This document shows positions 36,070-44,427 of a stretch of DNA of 64,000 nucleotides, one piece after another. The DNA comes from Candidatus Parcubacteria bacterium (GTDB taxonomy: Bacteria > Patescibacteriota > Patescibacteriia > Patescibacteriales > UBA12075), in NCBI GenBank assembly GCA_963814275.1, contig CAWFCE010000001.1, positions 259,307 to 323,306 on the forward strand. Direction: 5' to 3'. Positions within the stretch are counted from its first letter, which is position 1. The number at the start of each line of letters is the position of its first letter. The position numbers and the translations under genes are program-made. The notes under the pieces were generated by a model, which was not told the DNA's origin, did not search any database, and saw only the letters and a list, made by a program, of their open reading frames with translations.

Positions 36070-36120
36070 TAACCAATTGGTCGTCGGTTCGAATCCGACC
36101 CCGGGAGCCAAATTAAATCA

Positions 36121-36155
36121 AAAAAACTTACCTAATTTTAGGGTAAGTTTTTTTG
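36121..36155 (+). terminator. Rho-independent terminator after the tRNA
   Basis: Hairpin acttaccctaa-ttt-tagggtaagt followed by ttttttt. Confidence 0.8.
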
Positions 36156-36281
36156 TTATATAATGTGACCCTAGGTAAAATTTGAATATCGGTTGACATA
36201 TGTTGGTATTTATGTTATATTTATATATCAAATTCGGATCGTTTTTTTCAAAATACAACCTAAGCATACGGAGGTATTATA

Positions 36282-36734
36282 ATGAAAGTTATTCTCAAGG
36301 GTGGAAGTGAAGAGAAGAACGAAGAAATCAGAAGATTCTTCATGGGCAAGATTTACCCGATCCTCGACTTCGGCATCGCCTTCGAGCCATCGGTAACTGT
36401 TATCACCGTCCATGAAAAACAAAAAGACGGAACGGTCAAGCAATACGTTGACCCGACTGCCGAGGTGATTGTTGAGCTCACGGAGCAGGCAAGAGACATG
36501 GCCATGGATCCCAAAATGGACGCCGATGAACTGAAAAAATTTACCGGCGATTTCCATGATGAAGCATTGGCTATAAAAGTACTGCAAAGCATGAAGCTAG
36601 CTTTTTCGGTCGAATACTATTGCTGCCGCTATAAGCAATCTAGTCATGGTCAAATCTCCGAATGTGAATCCCACGGTTCGATAGAGCATATGCAATCCTG
36701 GAACGGCTTGTGCCCCGGTTGTGGCAAGCGATAG
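36282..36734 (+). CDS. Hypothetical protein with a C-terminal Cys-rich (zinc-ribbon-like) tail
   Basis: 150 aa with an SD (ACGGAGGT) 7 nt upstream. The C-terminus is CCRYK...CESHG...CPGCGKR. A terminator follows. Confidence 0.5.
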   Translation: MKVILKGGSEEKNEEIRRFFMGKIYPILDFGIAFEPSVTVITVHEKQKDGTVKQYVDPTAEVIVELTEQARDMAMDPKMDADELKKFTGDFHDEALAIKVLQSMKLAFSVEYYCCRYKQSSHGQISECESHGSIEHMQSWNGLCPGCGKR

Positions 36735-37081
36735 TGGGAAAATAAATCCAAGGGTTTAAACGAGGACGCCTGCATTTCGCAAAGTCCTCTTTTTTATATT
36801 TCAAGCAATAATATTTTTGTGCTCTCGCAACAACGCTCCCACAATTAAAGCATATTTGTCCAGTTCAAAGTTCTTAAACCGTTCACGAGTGCGAGCGGAG
36901 ATAAACAAGGCTAATTTTAGCCTTGTTTTTTATTATATTATTGACATTTATAATAAAAAATGTTATTATACAATAATCACAATCTTTATATTTATGGGTT
37001 ATAAATAGGATTTCTTTTAGAAATTTTATTTTCAACCCGTAAAAACAATATAAAACAACTCACTTAAGAAGGAGGAAAAGG

Positions 37082-37762
37082 ATGAAGGCTATTTCAAAAA
37101 ACAAAGGTTGGCTGGTATTGGTTTCTGCAAGTTTGTTGGTTGTCGTTCTTTTTATTCTGCCCCAGTTTAAGGCGAATAATAAAGAGGAAACCATAACAAA
37201 TCTGGTAGTTCAAATCACCGGAACAAATGAAGCGGAGATCAAAGGTCTGCTGGATACGGGCTACAAAGCAGAAGCCATAAAGTGGCTCGAACTTACCCGT
37301 GAACGGTCTCAGAAAAGCAATATGGACTCCCACGTCGGCTACATTCGCGAATACGTGGAAAAGGCCGGGGTCACACTGGAAGACATTGGGACAAACGAAG
37401 CTGAGATTGCCGGTCTCCTGAAAACCAGCTACATTGCCGAGGCAACAAAGTGGTTGCAGTTAACAAGAGAACGAGTCAATAGCGGTAGTATGGACTCCCA
37501 CGTCGGCTACATTCGCGAATACGTGGAAAAGGCCGGGGTCACACTGGAAGACATTGGGACAAACGAAGCTGAGATTGCCGGTCTCCTGAAAACCAGCTAC
37601 ATTGCCGAGGCACGAACTTGGCTAAACCTTGCTCGAGAACGTGCCGACAAACAAAACATTGAGTCTGAAATTGGATACCTACGACAATATGCAAAACTGG
37701 CTGGGGTTTCTCTCGAAGACCTCGGCACAACCGAAACTGAGTTGAAAAAGTTTGACTCATAA
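37082..37762 (+). CDS. Membrane-anchored/secreted protein with three 56-aa tandem repeats
   Basis: SD AAGGAGG and an N-terminal TM/signal (GWLVLVSASLLVVVLFIL). The repeat GTNEAEI.GLL.T.Y.AEA.KWL.LTRER....MDSHVGYIREYVEKAGVTLEDI occurs three times, and two copies are nearly identical at the DNA level (168-bp period). Confidence 0.55.
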   Translation: MKAISKNKGWLVLVSASLLVVVLFILPQFKANNKEETITNLVVQITGTNEAEIKGLLDTGYKAEAIKWLELTRERSQKSNMDSHVGYIREYVEKAGVTLEDIGTNEAEIAGLLKTSYIAEATKWLQLTRERVNSGSMDSHVGYIREYVEKAGVTLEDIGTNEAEIAGLLKTSYIAEARTWLNLARERADKQNIESEIGYLRQYAKLAGVSLEDLGTTETELKKFDS

Positions 37763-38134
37763 AAAAAATGAGCAAATTCTGGGTTAAAACAGAGGGCGCC
37801 CGCATATCGCGAAGCCCTCTTTTCTTTTTGCCAAAAATAGTTATAAAATATATAATACTTTTATGGATACTTTGAATAAATATAAAATTGAAGACAAAAT
37901 AATAACTCTTGCAAATTGTGCTGCTATAGATAAAAGAGTTAGCCGGCATCGTTTGAAATTGATGGCGTGAGCTTTTCACATTGGGAGTTTAACTTTCGTG
38001 ATGTCTGGCTTGCATCGGATTAAATTGAAAGTGAAAATTACATTATACCTAACGAATCACTCTTTTAACCAATGGTCCATTTTTATTTTACATAAGCCAA
38101 ACCAGCCAATTTTACCGTACAGTCTTTAACCTGA

Positions 38135-38213
38135 GGATAGATGTTATTAAGTTCGGAAAGTATGTAATCTGTGGAGCGGCGATAAACGTCCCTAATGTTA
38201 GGGGCGTTTTTTT
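38135..38213 (+). repeat. Conserved 43-nt module plus terminator, copy A
   Basis: ggatagatgttattaagttcggaaagtatgtaatctgtggagc (38135-38177), then hairpin cgtcccta-atgt-taggggcg followed by ttttttt. Confidence 0.8.
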
Positions 38214-38327
38214 ACCTGAATTGGACGTTCGAACCGAATTTATATTTTTCATATTGCTTTTATTTGTAATATATGCTAAAAAATAATTATTCTTTAAAAC
38301 TTAATATAGATCAAAGGAGGTAATTTC

Positions 38328-38606
38328 ATGGTAGATAAAAAAATCCAGCAAGAAAAACTTCATCCCTTGGTAAACGGAGTTCATTTGGCGGCAACCACCA
38401 TGGCTGATATGGGAATTGAAATTCAGGCAGGTCTTATAATGAGTGTTGAGGACTTGCCTGAGGATTTGCAAGATCTTCCTTGGGTAAAAAAAGTTCAAAA
38501 AGCTTACTCAAATTTGAAAAAAGGCGTTGACCAAACTGCTGTTCTTTATTCACTTTTTGAAGAAGGTAAGAATAATAGTGTTTTGCCTGAAGGATACCTA
38601 ATTTAA
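38328..38606 (+). CDS. Hypothetical protein
   Basis: 92 aa with a strong SD (AAAGGAGGT). Confidence 0.45.
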   Translation: MVDKKIQQEKLHPLVNGVHLAATTMADMGIEIQAGLIMSVEDLPEDLQDLPWVKKVQKAYSNLKKGVDQTAVLYSLFEEGKNNSVLPEGYLI

Positions 38607-38712
38607 GCAAGGTTGAAATTTTTTTTATTAAGTTTTTTTAACTGGTCATGGCTAAGGGAAGGATCCTTGCACCGTGGCTTCAACTCGAACCTTGGGCTAA
38701 TAGGAGGATGTT

Positions 38713-39414
38713 ATGTCAAAAGGTTTATTCTTTAAGGATTTGGTTAAGGGAATTATTGCTTCTGAAGCAATAGACGAAAAAGGTGAATTAGATTTTTTGG
38801 TTACTTTTAAAACCTGGGCTTCTGAGGAAGGTCATATTATTTGGTTAAAAAATGAATTCGAGCCGTGGTTTAAAGAGATCAAGAAGATTCCAGGTGTTCT
38901 GAATGCAGGAGGTTTAAAAGTTGAAAAAGCATCCGGCAAATCAAAAATGGGCTCTATTGAGCTTGGAATAAAGATCGCTGGCGGTTTTAGAATGACACCT
39001 GACGCTAATACGATGGTAGCGGGAATTATAGTATCGGCAATCAGAAAATCAGCCGCAAAAACAATTCATAGCTACTATGGCCCAAAGTTTAATTATCAGA
39101 AGCCATTATTCTACGCAATCCACAATCATTATTATGAAGCAACGCCTTGTTGCAGTGATTGGGATAAGGGTAATCGCAGATTAAAACGATTGCAGTCTAA
39201 TAACTGGAAACTAAAACATTTAATTGATGACTGCGGAGCAATGTTAAAAGATTTTGTAATTCTAGATAAAAATAAAGTAATCAGAATTATTTTACGTTGG
39301 AAGCAAAACGCTTCAGATGAGAGCCGTGGCACCCTTGAAAAAGTTATAAAAGCTTATTTTAGGGGAATGGATTTTGAGCTAATGAGTTGGAAATGCCTAC
39401 CATTGAAAGATTGA
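38713..39414 (+). CDS. Hypothetical protein
   Basis: 233 aa with SD TAGGAGGA. A terminator lies at about 39447-39482. No motif was recognised. Confidence 0.5.
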   Translation: MSKGLFFKDLVKGIIASEAIDEKGELDFLVTFKTWASEEGHIIWLKNEFEPWFKEIKKIPGVLNAGGLKVEKASGKSKMGSIELGIKIAGGFRMTPDANTMVAGIIVSAIRKSAAKTIHSYYGPKFNYQKPLFYAIHNHYYEATPCCSDWDKGNRRLKRLQSNNWKLKHLIDDCGAMLKDFVILDKNKVIRIILRWKQNASDESRGTLEKVIKAYFRGMDFELMSWKCLPLKD

Positions 39415-39600
39415 ATCATTGGACATTAAGCACTTTTGCAATAAATAAAATCAGACTTCTCATCAGGAGTCTGGATTTTTTATACAAAACAGGTTCTAAC
39501 TTCCTCCGGTGCTCGGAGCTTAATTGACAAAAACTAAAACATATGTTATAGTTTTTTGTTATTATTTATTCACAATCAATTAACCATCAAGGAGGAAATT

Positions 39601-39906
39601 ATGGGAAAGCACAAGTATATCTACTGGCGTCCTGATTTAGATCGGAACGATGAAGGTGAAATGTTTGCGAATGTACATCTTTTGATCGGTTATAATCAGG
39701 GTAGTATAACCGATTTACAAAAAATGGCGGATGAAATTCGTGAGACCTTTCCACAGGCGACTTATGACGAGATTTACGCGAGCAAAGTAACTCACTCTAT
39801 TCGCGTTAAGGAGTTCACAATTGTAACCTGGGGCGGACACATTCCGCAGGGTGAATATCCGGGCTGGGATCAGATTAAAAACCCGGTAATTGAGTACAGC
39901 TGGTAA
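39601..39906 (+). CDS. Hypothetical protein
   Basis: 101 aa from MGKHKY, with SD AAGGAGGA 7 nt upstream. A terminator follows. Confidence 0.5.
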   Translation: MGKHKYIYWRPDLDRNDEGEMFANVHLLIGYNQGSITDLQKMADEIRETFPQATYDEIYASKVTHSIRVKEFTIVTWGGHIPQGEYPGWDQIKNPVIEYSW

Positions 39907-40006
39907 ACAATTTAAGGGTTGTAAAGAATTGAGAGGATTAACCACCCTCTCATTTTATTTTAAGTAAATAATATTATTTAATATTTCTATATTATTTTGT
40001 ACTAAC

Positions 40007-40088
40007 GGATAGATGTTATTCAGTTCGGAAAATATGTAATCTGTGGAGCAAAAAATAAAAATGAACGTTCAATGTACGTTCATTTTTT
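40007..40088 (+). repeat. Conserved 43-nt module plus terminator, copy B
   Basis: ggatagatgttattcagttcggaaaatatgtaatctgtggagc (2 mismatches to copy A), then hairpin atgaacgt-tcaatgt-acgttcat followed by ttttt. Confidence 0.8.
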
Positions 40089-40171
40089 GTACTTAAATTG
40101 CCGGGATTTTCCATATAAGATACCCGCCCCCTTTTTGTCCCCTTGTTTTACCAATTACTATCGTCCTGTCT

Positions 40172-40474
40172 TCAGGATTCATCAACCGTTTCATCATTTG
40201 ATGTATTAATACCTACCGCAAAAAGCGCTGTGATTGCCCAACCGACCAGCCAATATACGAACATGGCGAGTAGCGTGGTCCATTCGACTACGCTTCCTTC
40301 CACAAAGCCGATGCCGAAAACATTCAAAAATGGAGCCGCGAAAGGCCGGCTCAAACTGTAAATCAAGTTTGTGAATCCGGCGATGGGATTGGCTCCCAAA
40401 AGCAGCAAAACAAAACGTAAAGCCAAAAGAGCTTCAAGCAGACTCGTCAAAGTCCACACTATCCTGATCGCCAA
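40172..40474 (-). CDS. YggT-like small integral membrane protein
   Basis: 100 aa with two or three TM helices. The pattern LLALRFVLLLLGANP...F...IY.LS.PF..PF is YggT-like. The call is tentative. Confidence 0.4.
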   Translation of the reverse strand: MAIRIVWTLTSLLEALLALRFVLLLLGANPIAGFTNLIYSLSRPFAAPFLNVFGIGFVEGSVVEWTTLLAMFVYWLVGWAITALFAVGINTSNDETVDES

Positions 40475-40975
40475 ATATAAAGGATTCGCAAAAGGAAATG
40501 GACGCTTTGTGTGTGCAATGTATAAGTTTTTCTCATGTAATTAATTTATACAGTCTATAATGATAAAATATAGCATAAGAGCATTAGATAGAGATTAATG
40601 GTAAATAAAAATTTTTCACAAAACCGAAATTATGAATATATTCCTTTTTTTTGAGAAATGGTGCGGATTTGGTCCGGCCAGTAGGGCAATAAAAAATATC
40701 TCAAAATTTGAGATATTGTTTTATACCTAAGCCCGGGTTAGAAACTATTTGATAATTTTTTGCATTTTCGTGATATACTTAAAATAAGTATTATTTTTAT
40801 TAAGCAGATATAAGCAAATGAATTTAAGAAAATTTTACATTAGAAAAACCATCGGATTTATTGTTGTTTTGGTACTTGTTTTTATTTATTTTTATTTCTT
40901 TGCTAATAAAAGTGAAGTTGTCGAACTGGTTGATATTGTCAAAATCGCAATACCAATAAATGCAAGATCGATCAG

Positions 40976-42685
40976 TTGCCTTATAACAACCCAAATATTC
41001 CGGTAGACGAAAGAGTGGACGATCTGCTTAAAAGAATGACTCTACCGGAAAAAATCGGTCAGATGATGCTCATCGAAAGAAATAGTTTGAAAAATGATAG
41101 TGATATCGCTTTGTACGGACTGGGCGGATTGCTCAGCGGAATGGGCTCAAAGCCGGAATTAAATACGCCTGAAGGCTGGTTGGATATGGTGAATGATTAT
41201 GGCCGTATCAGTAAAACAACCAGACTGGGAATTCCTGTCTTGTATGGATCTGACGCCATCCATGGGCACACCAATATGGCCGAGGCCACGGTCTTTCCTC
41301 ATTTTATCGGCTTAGGCGCAACTGGCGATGCCGATCTGGTGAAGAAAGTTGCTTTGGCCACTACTGAAGAGCTGGCCGCCAGCGGCATTTACTGGAACTT
41401 CTCACCTAACCTGGATGTCTTGGGCGATCCGAGATGGGGTAGATTCTTTGAATCATTTGGTTCAGATCCGTCTTTGGTGGCTGAACTGGGAACAGCCTAT
41501 TTGGAAGGAATTGCCTCGTATGATTCCAGCGAGTATCATCCCATTGGCACAGCCAAGCATTTTATCGGTGCCGGAGCAATGGTTTGGGGAAAATCATATA
41601 ATAAGGACTTTCAGATCGACCAGGGGGAATCGGAAATTACCTTGAGTGAGCTTCTTGAGCGGCATCTGCCGCCATTTAAGGCCGCAATCGCAGCCGGCGT
41701 GCCTTGTGTCATGATCGGTCTTAATAGTTGGCAAAACAAAAAACTTTCCGGAAATAAATATCTTATAACCGATGTGCTGAAAAAAGAGCTAGGCTTTAGC
41801 GGCTTTGTCGTGTCTGATTGGTACGGTGTTTACGAGATTGAAAAAAATAAATACAATTCAGCGGTGAACGCGGTGAACGCCGGAATCGATATGGTTATGC
41901 TTCCTTTCGAATATGAAAGATTCATGAAAGATATGCAAACGGCAGTGAAGAAAGGAGATATCAGACAGGCCAGAATAGATGATGCCGTTGGCAGGATATT
42001 GAAAGTTAAATTTCAGATTGGTTTATTTGACAATATTGAATACAACCCGGAATCAGTGCAAAACATAGGCTCCAAAGAACATCGCGAGATAGCAAGGGCT
42101 GCAGTCAGCAAATCGATGGTGGTTTTAAAGAATGAAAAGCAGTTGATCCCGGTTTCCAGGTTTTCTAAAAAGATATATGTCGCGGGGGCGGCGGCGGATA
42201 ATCTGGGCATGCAATTGGGCGGCTGGTCGGTCGAATGGCAGGGGATAGACGGGAATTGGACGCCCGGCACTACGATTCTGGAGGGAATTCGGGAGACAGT
42301 ATCGCCGCAAGCTGAATTGATTTATGACAAAGATGGAAATTTTGACAACAAAAATAAACCAGCCGATATTGGCATCATGGTGGTCGGAGAAAAACCTTAT
42401 GCCGAAGGCTGGGGGGATAGTGAAAATTTATCTTTAAGCAAAAACGATTTGGCGGTGATTGAGAAACTGAAGAAAAATTCCAAAAAAATCATCGTTATAA
42501 TAATTTCCGGGCGTCCTTTGGAAGTAAAAAATGAAATAAAAAATTGGGACGCCGCGGTCGCCGCCTGGCTGCCGGGAAGCGGAGGGGGCGGGTGGCCGAG
42601 TGATATTTCGGAGTTAAGCCCATTACCGGTATATTACCGGTCAGTTGGGATCTATGATTTAATATATATAAAAAAAAGACGCTAA
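40976..42685 (+). CDS. Glycoside hydrolase family 3 (beta-glucosidase/beta-hexosaminidase-like), probably disrupted at both ends
   Basis: RMTLPEKIGQMM, GIPVLYGSDAIHGH, and GFVVSDW (nucleophile Asp). A TM-anchor ORF (40818-41006) lies in another frame. The conserved C-terminal LPGSxGG..VAE..FG.....G.LPVSW motif is readable only after a frame change and across an in-frame TGA. Confidence 0.8.
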   Translation: MPYNNPNIPVDERVDDLLKRMTLPEKIGQMMLIERNSLKNDSDIALYGLGGLLSGMGSKPELNTPEGWLDMVNDYGRISKTTRLGIPVLYGSDAIHGHTNMAEATVFPHFIGLGATGDADLVKKVALATTEELAASGIYWNFSPNLDVLGDPRWGRFFESFGSDPSLVAELGTAYLEGIASYDSSEYHPIGTAKHFIGAGAMVWGKSYNKDFQIDQGESEITLSELLERHLPPFKAAIAAGVPCVMIGLNSWQNKKLSGNKYLITDVLKKELGFSGFVVSDWYGVYEIEKNKYNSAVNAVNAGIDMVMLPFEYERFMKDMQTAVKKGDIRQARIDDAVGRILKVKFQIGLFDNIEYNPESVQNIGSKEHREIARAAVSKSMVVLKNEKQLIPVSRFSKKIYVAGAAADNLGMQLGGWSVEWQGIDGNWTPGTTILEGIRETVSPQAELIYDKDGNFDNKNKPADIGIMVVGEKPYAEGWGDSENLSLSKNDLAVIEKLKKNSKKIIVIIISGRPLEVKNEIKNWDAAVAAWLPGSGGGGWPSDISELSPLPVYYRSVGIYDLIYIKKRR

Positions 42686-42899
42686 ATTCAAAATTTTCTT
42701 TAGCGAGCGGTATTTTCTGAATCCAAAAAGTAAGATTATCCCACGCAGCATTTGATGAAATAATAGAAGCCGCTAACTATTAATAGTTGCAATTTTATTT
42801 TGTATAGCTTGATTCAATGCTCCATCCCGAACAGACACATAAATTTAAAGACTTCAGCCCAATGCATAATTCATAAACCGTCAGCCAGCGTGAAATGAA

Positions 42900-42928
42900 T
42901 TGACAATACAATAGCGCAAAGCTATACT
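42900..42928 (+). promoter_or_regulatory. Sigma-70-like promoter for the purB operon
   Basis: TTGACA (42900-42905), 17 nt, TATACT (42923-42928). Confidence 0.5.
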
Positions 42929-42986
42929 TTTTTATTATAGTTGTTCATTTTTATCTTAGAATGAAACCATACAAAGGAGTAAAGCG

Positions 42987-43187
42987 ATGAAAAATGGATT
43001 TATGGCGATAGGATTATTGTTGGCAGTGGTCATTGGTGCATTTGGTGGATATGAAATCCAAACAGGCTTAACAGGCTTATTAAATCCAAAACCAACAAGG
43101 AGGAGAAATGCTAAAACGCTATTCGGGGAAAGACATGGAAAGCATCTGGTCGGAAGACAACAAATTCCGCAACTGGTTACTGGTTGA
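42987..43187 (+). CDS. Possible small membrane peptide overlapping the purB start
   Basis: SD AAAGGAG and a hydrophobic N-terminus (MKNGFMAIGLLLAVVIGAFGG). The 3' third overlaps purB, so it may be spurious. Confidence 0.25.
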   Translation: MKNGFMAIGLLLAVVIGAFGGYEIQTGLTGLLNPKPTRRRNAKTLFGERHGKHLVGRQQIPQLVTG

Positions 43188-44415
43188 GATCGCCGTTCTC
43201 AAAGTGAGACGACGGCTCGGCGAACTGCCACACGATGTTCCGGACGGCCTGGCTGACAAGATCAGCATAGACCCAAAGGAAATAAACCGCATCGAGAAGG
43301 AAATTACGAAACATGATGTAATCGCTTTTCTTATGCACGTATCACCCCAGTTTCCGGAAGAGTTTAGGTCGTGGCTTCACAGAGGCCTGACTTCCTACGA
43401 CATCGGCGACACGGCCTTGAGTCTGCAAATGCGCGAAAGCGTGAAACTCCTGATCAAGGGGATTGCTAAGCTCATGCATGCGCTTGAAAAAGCAGCCATG
43501 GAGCATAGGCATACTCCCGAGATCGGACGCACTCACGGCATCCACGCGGAACCGATAACCTTCGGCGTCAAACTGGCCAACTGGTATGACGAACTGAAAC
43601 GTCATCAAAAAAGACTTTTTAATCTTTCTGGCGCAGTTTCAGTCGGTAAAGTGAGTGGTGCTGTCGGCATGTATACGGTCGATCCAAAAATTGAAGAAGA
43701 GGTTTGCAAGGAATTAGGCTTAACGCCTATCATAGCCACGCAGATCATTTCTCGCGATGTGATCGCCGAGTATATGTCCACGTTAGGTAACGTGTGCGCC
43801 AGTATCGGCAAGATGTCAACCAATCTCCGCTTGCTATCGCAGACGGAAATCGGCGAAGTCATGGAGCCGTTCAGTAGGGACCAGAAAGGCTCTTCGGCCA
43901 TGCCGCACAAGAAGAATCCGATTGGAAGTGAAAACCTTTCCGGACTGATGCGCGTGGCCTGTGCCAATGTGCAGGTCGCTTATGAAAACCTGGCATCGTG
44001 CTGGCATGAACGCAGTCTGGATAATTCTGGATCGGAAAGAGTGATAGTTGCCGACACATCGATTCTTCTGGACTATGCCATGACGAGACTCGCCGGCATT
44101 ATCCAGGATATGAGAGTGTTTCCGGCGAAGATGCTTTACAACCTTAACCTTGCGAAAGGCCTGGTGTTCTCGCAGGAAGTTATGATGCTCGTTGCGGAAA
44201 AAAGTGGATTGCCAAGAGAGGAGGCGCATACGCTGGTTCGCAACATAGCGCTTGAATGCTGGGAAAACAATAAAGATTTTCTTGAGGCCTTACTCGGAAA
44301 CAAGGAAATAATGCAGTTTGTCAGCGAGGAAGAGATGCGTTTATGCTTCAATCTCGAAAATAAATTGCGTTATGTAGATCACATCTTCACCAAAGTATTT
44401 ACAGCCAACCTATAA
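43108..44415 (+). CDS. purB: Adenylosuccinate lyase
   Basis: 435 aa with the fumarate-lyase signature GSSAMPHKKNP. The N-terminal RYSGKDMESIWSEDNKFRNWL is typical of PurB. Confidence 0.95.
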   Translation: MLKRYSGKDMESIWSEDNKFRNWLLVEIAVLKVRRRLGELPHDVPDGLADKISIDPKEINRIEKEITKHDVIAFLMHVSPQFPEEFRSWLHRGLTSYDIGDTALSLQMRESVKLLIKGIAKLMHALEKAAMEHRHTPEIGRTHGIHAEPITFGVKLANWYDELKRHQKRLFNLSGAVSVGKVSGAVGMYTVDPKIEEEVCKELGLTPIIATQIISRDVIAEYMSTLGNVCASIGKMSTNLRLLSQTEIGEVMEPFSRDQKGSSAMPHKKNPIGSENLSGLMRVACANVQVAYENLASCWHERSLDNSGSERVIVADTSILLDYAMTRLAGIIQDMRVFPAKMLYNLNLAKGLVFSQEVMMLVAEKSGLPREEAHTLVRNIALECWENNKDFLEALLGNKEIMQFVSEEEMRLCFNLENKLRYVDHIFTKVFTANL

Positions 44416-44427
44416 GGAGGAAAAGAC

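Larger units (their letters stand above)
35474..36110 (+). tRNA. tRNA-Asn(GUU), split by an intron (exon 1 35474-35507, exon 2 36070-36110, CCA encoded)
   Basis: The joined exons give TCCCGGGTAGCGCAGCGGTAGCGCAGTTGGCTGT|TAACCAATTGGTCGTCGGTTCGAATCCGACCCCGGGAGCCA. This folds into a perfect cloverleaf: 7-bp acceptor, GCGC D-stem, GTTGG/CCAAT anticodon stem, loop CUGUUAA, and T-arm GTCGG-TTCGAAT-CCGAC. U1-A72 plus G73 is as in bacterial tRNA-Asn. Confidence 0.8.

Noticed and set aside
38131-38160. CTGAGGA ... GAAA in module copy A, resembling a hammerhead ribozyme core.
   Set aside because: The CUGANGA box is absent from copies B and C, and no stem I/II/III arrangement can be drawn.
38141-38167. 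An 8-codon mini-ORF (MLLSSESM / MLFSSENM) inside module copies A and B.
   Set aside because: It is not preserved in copy C, where an indel removes the ATG and the frame, and it has no SD.
42590-42660. In-frame TGA within a conserved GH3 motif, hinting at UGA reassignment (genetic code 25 or 4).
   Set aside because: TGA clearly terminates many well-defined genes here (PadR at 706, the PspC-domain gene at 2681, trxA at 3821 and others), and the site also needs a frameshift. A pseudogene lesion or sequencing error is more parsimonious.
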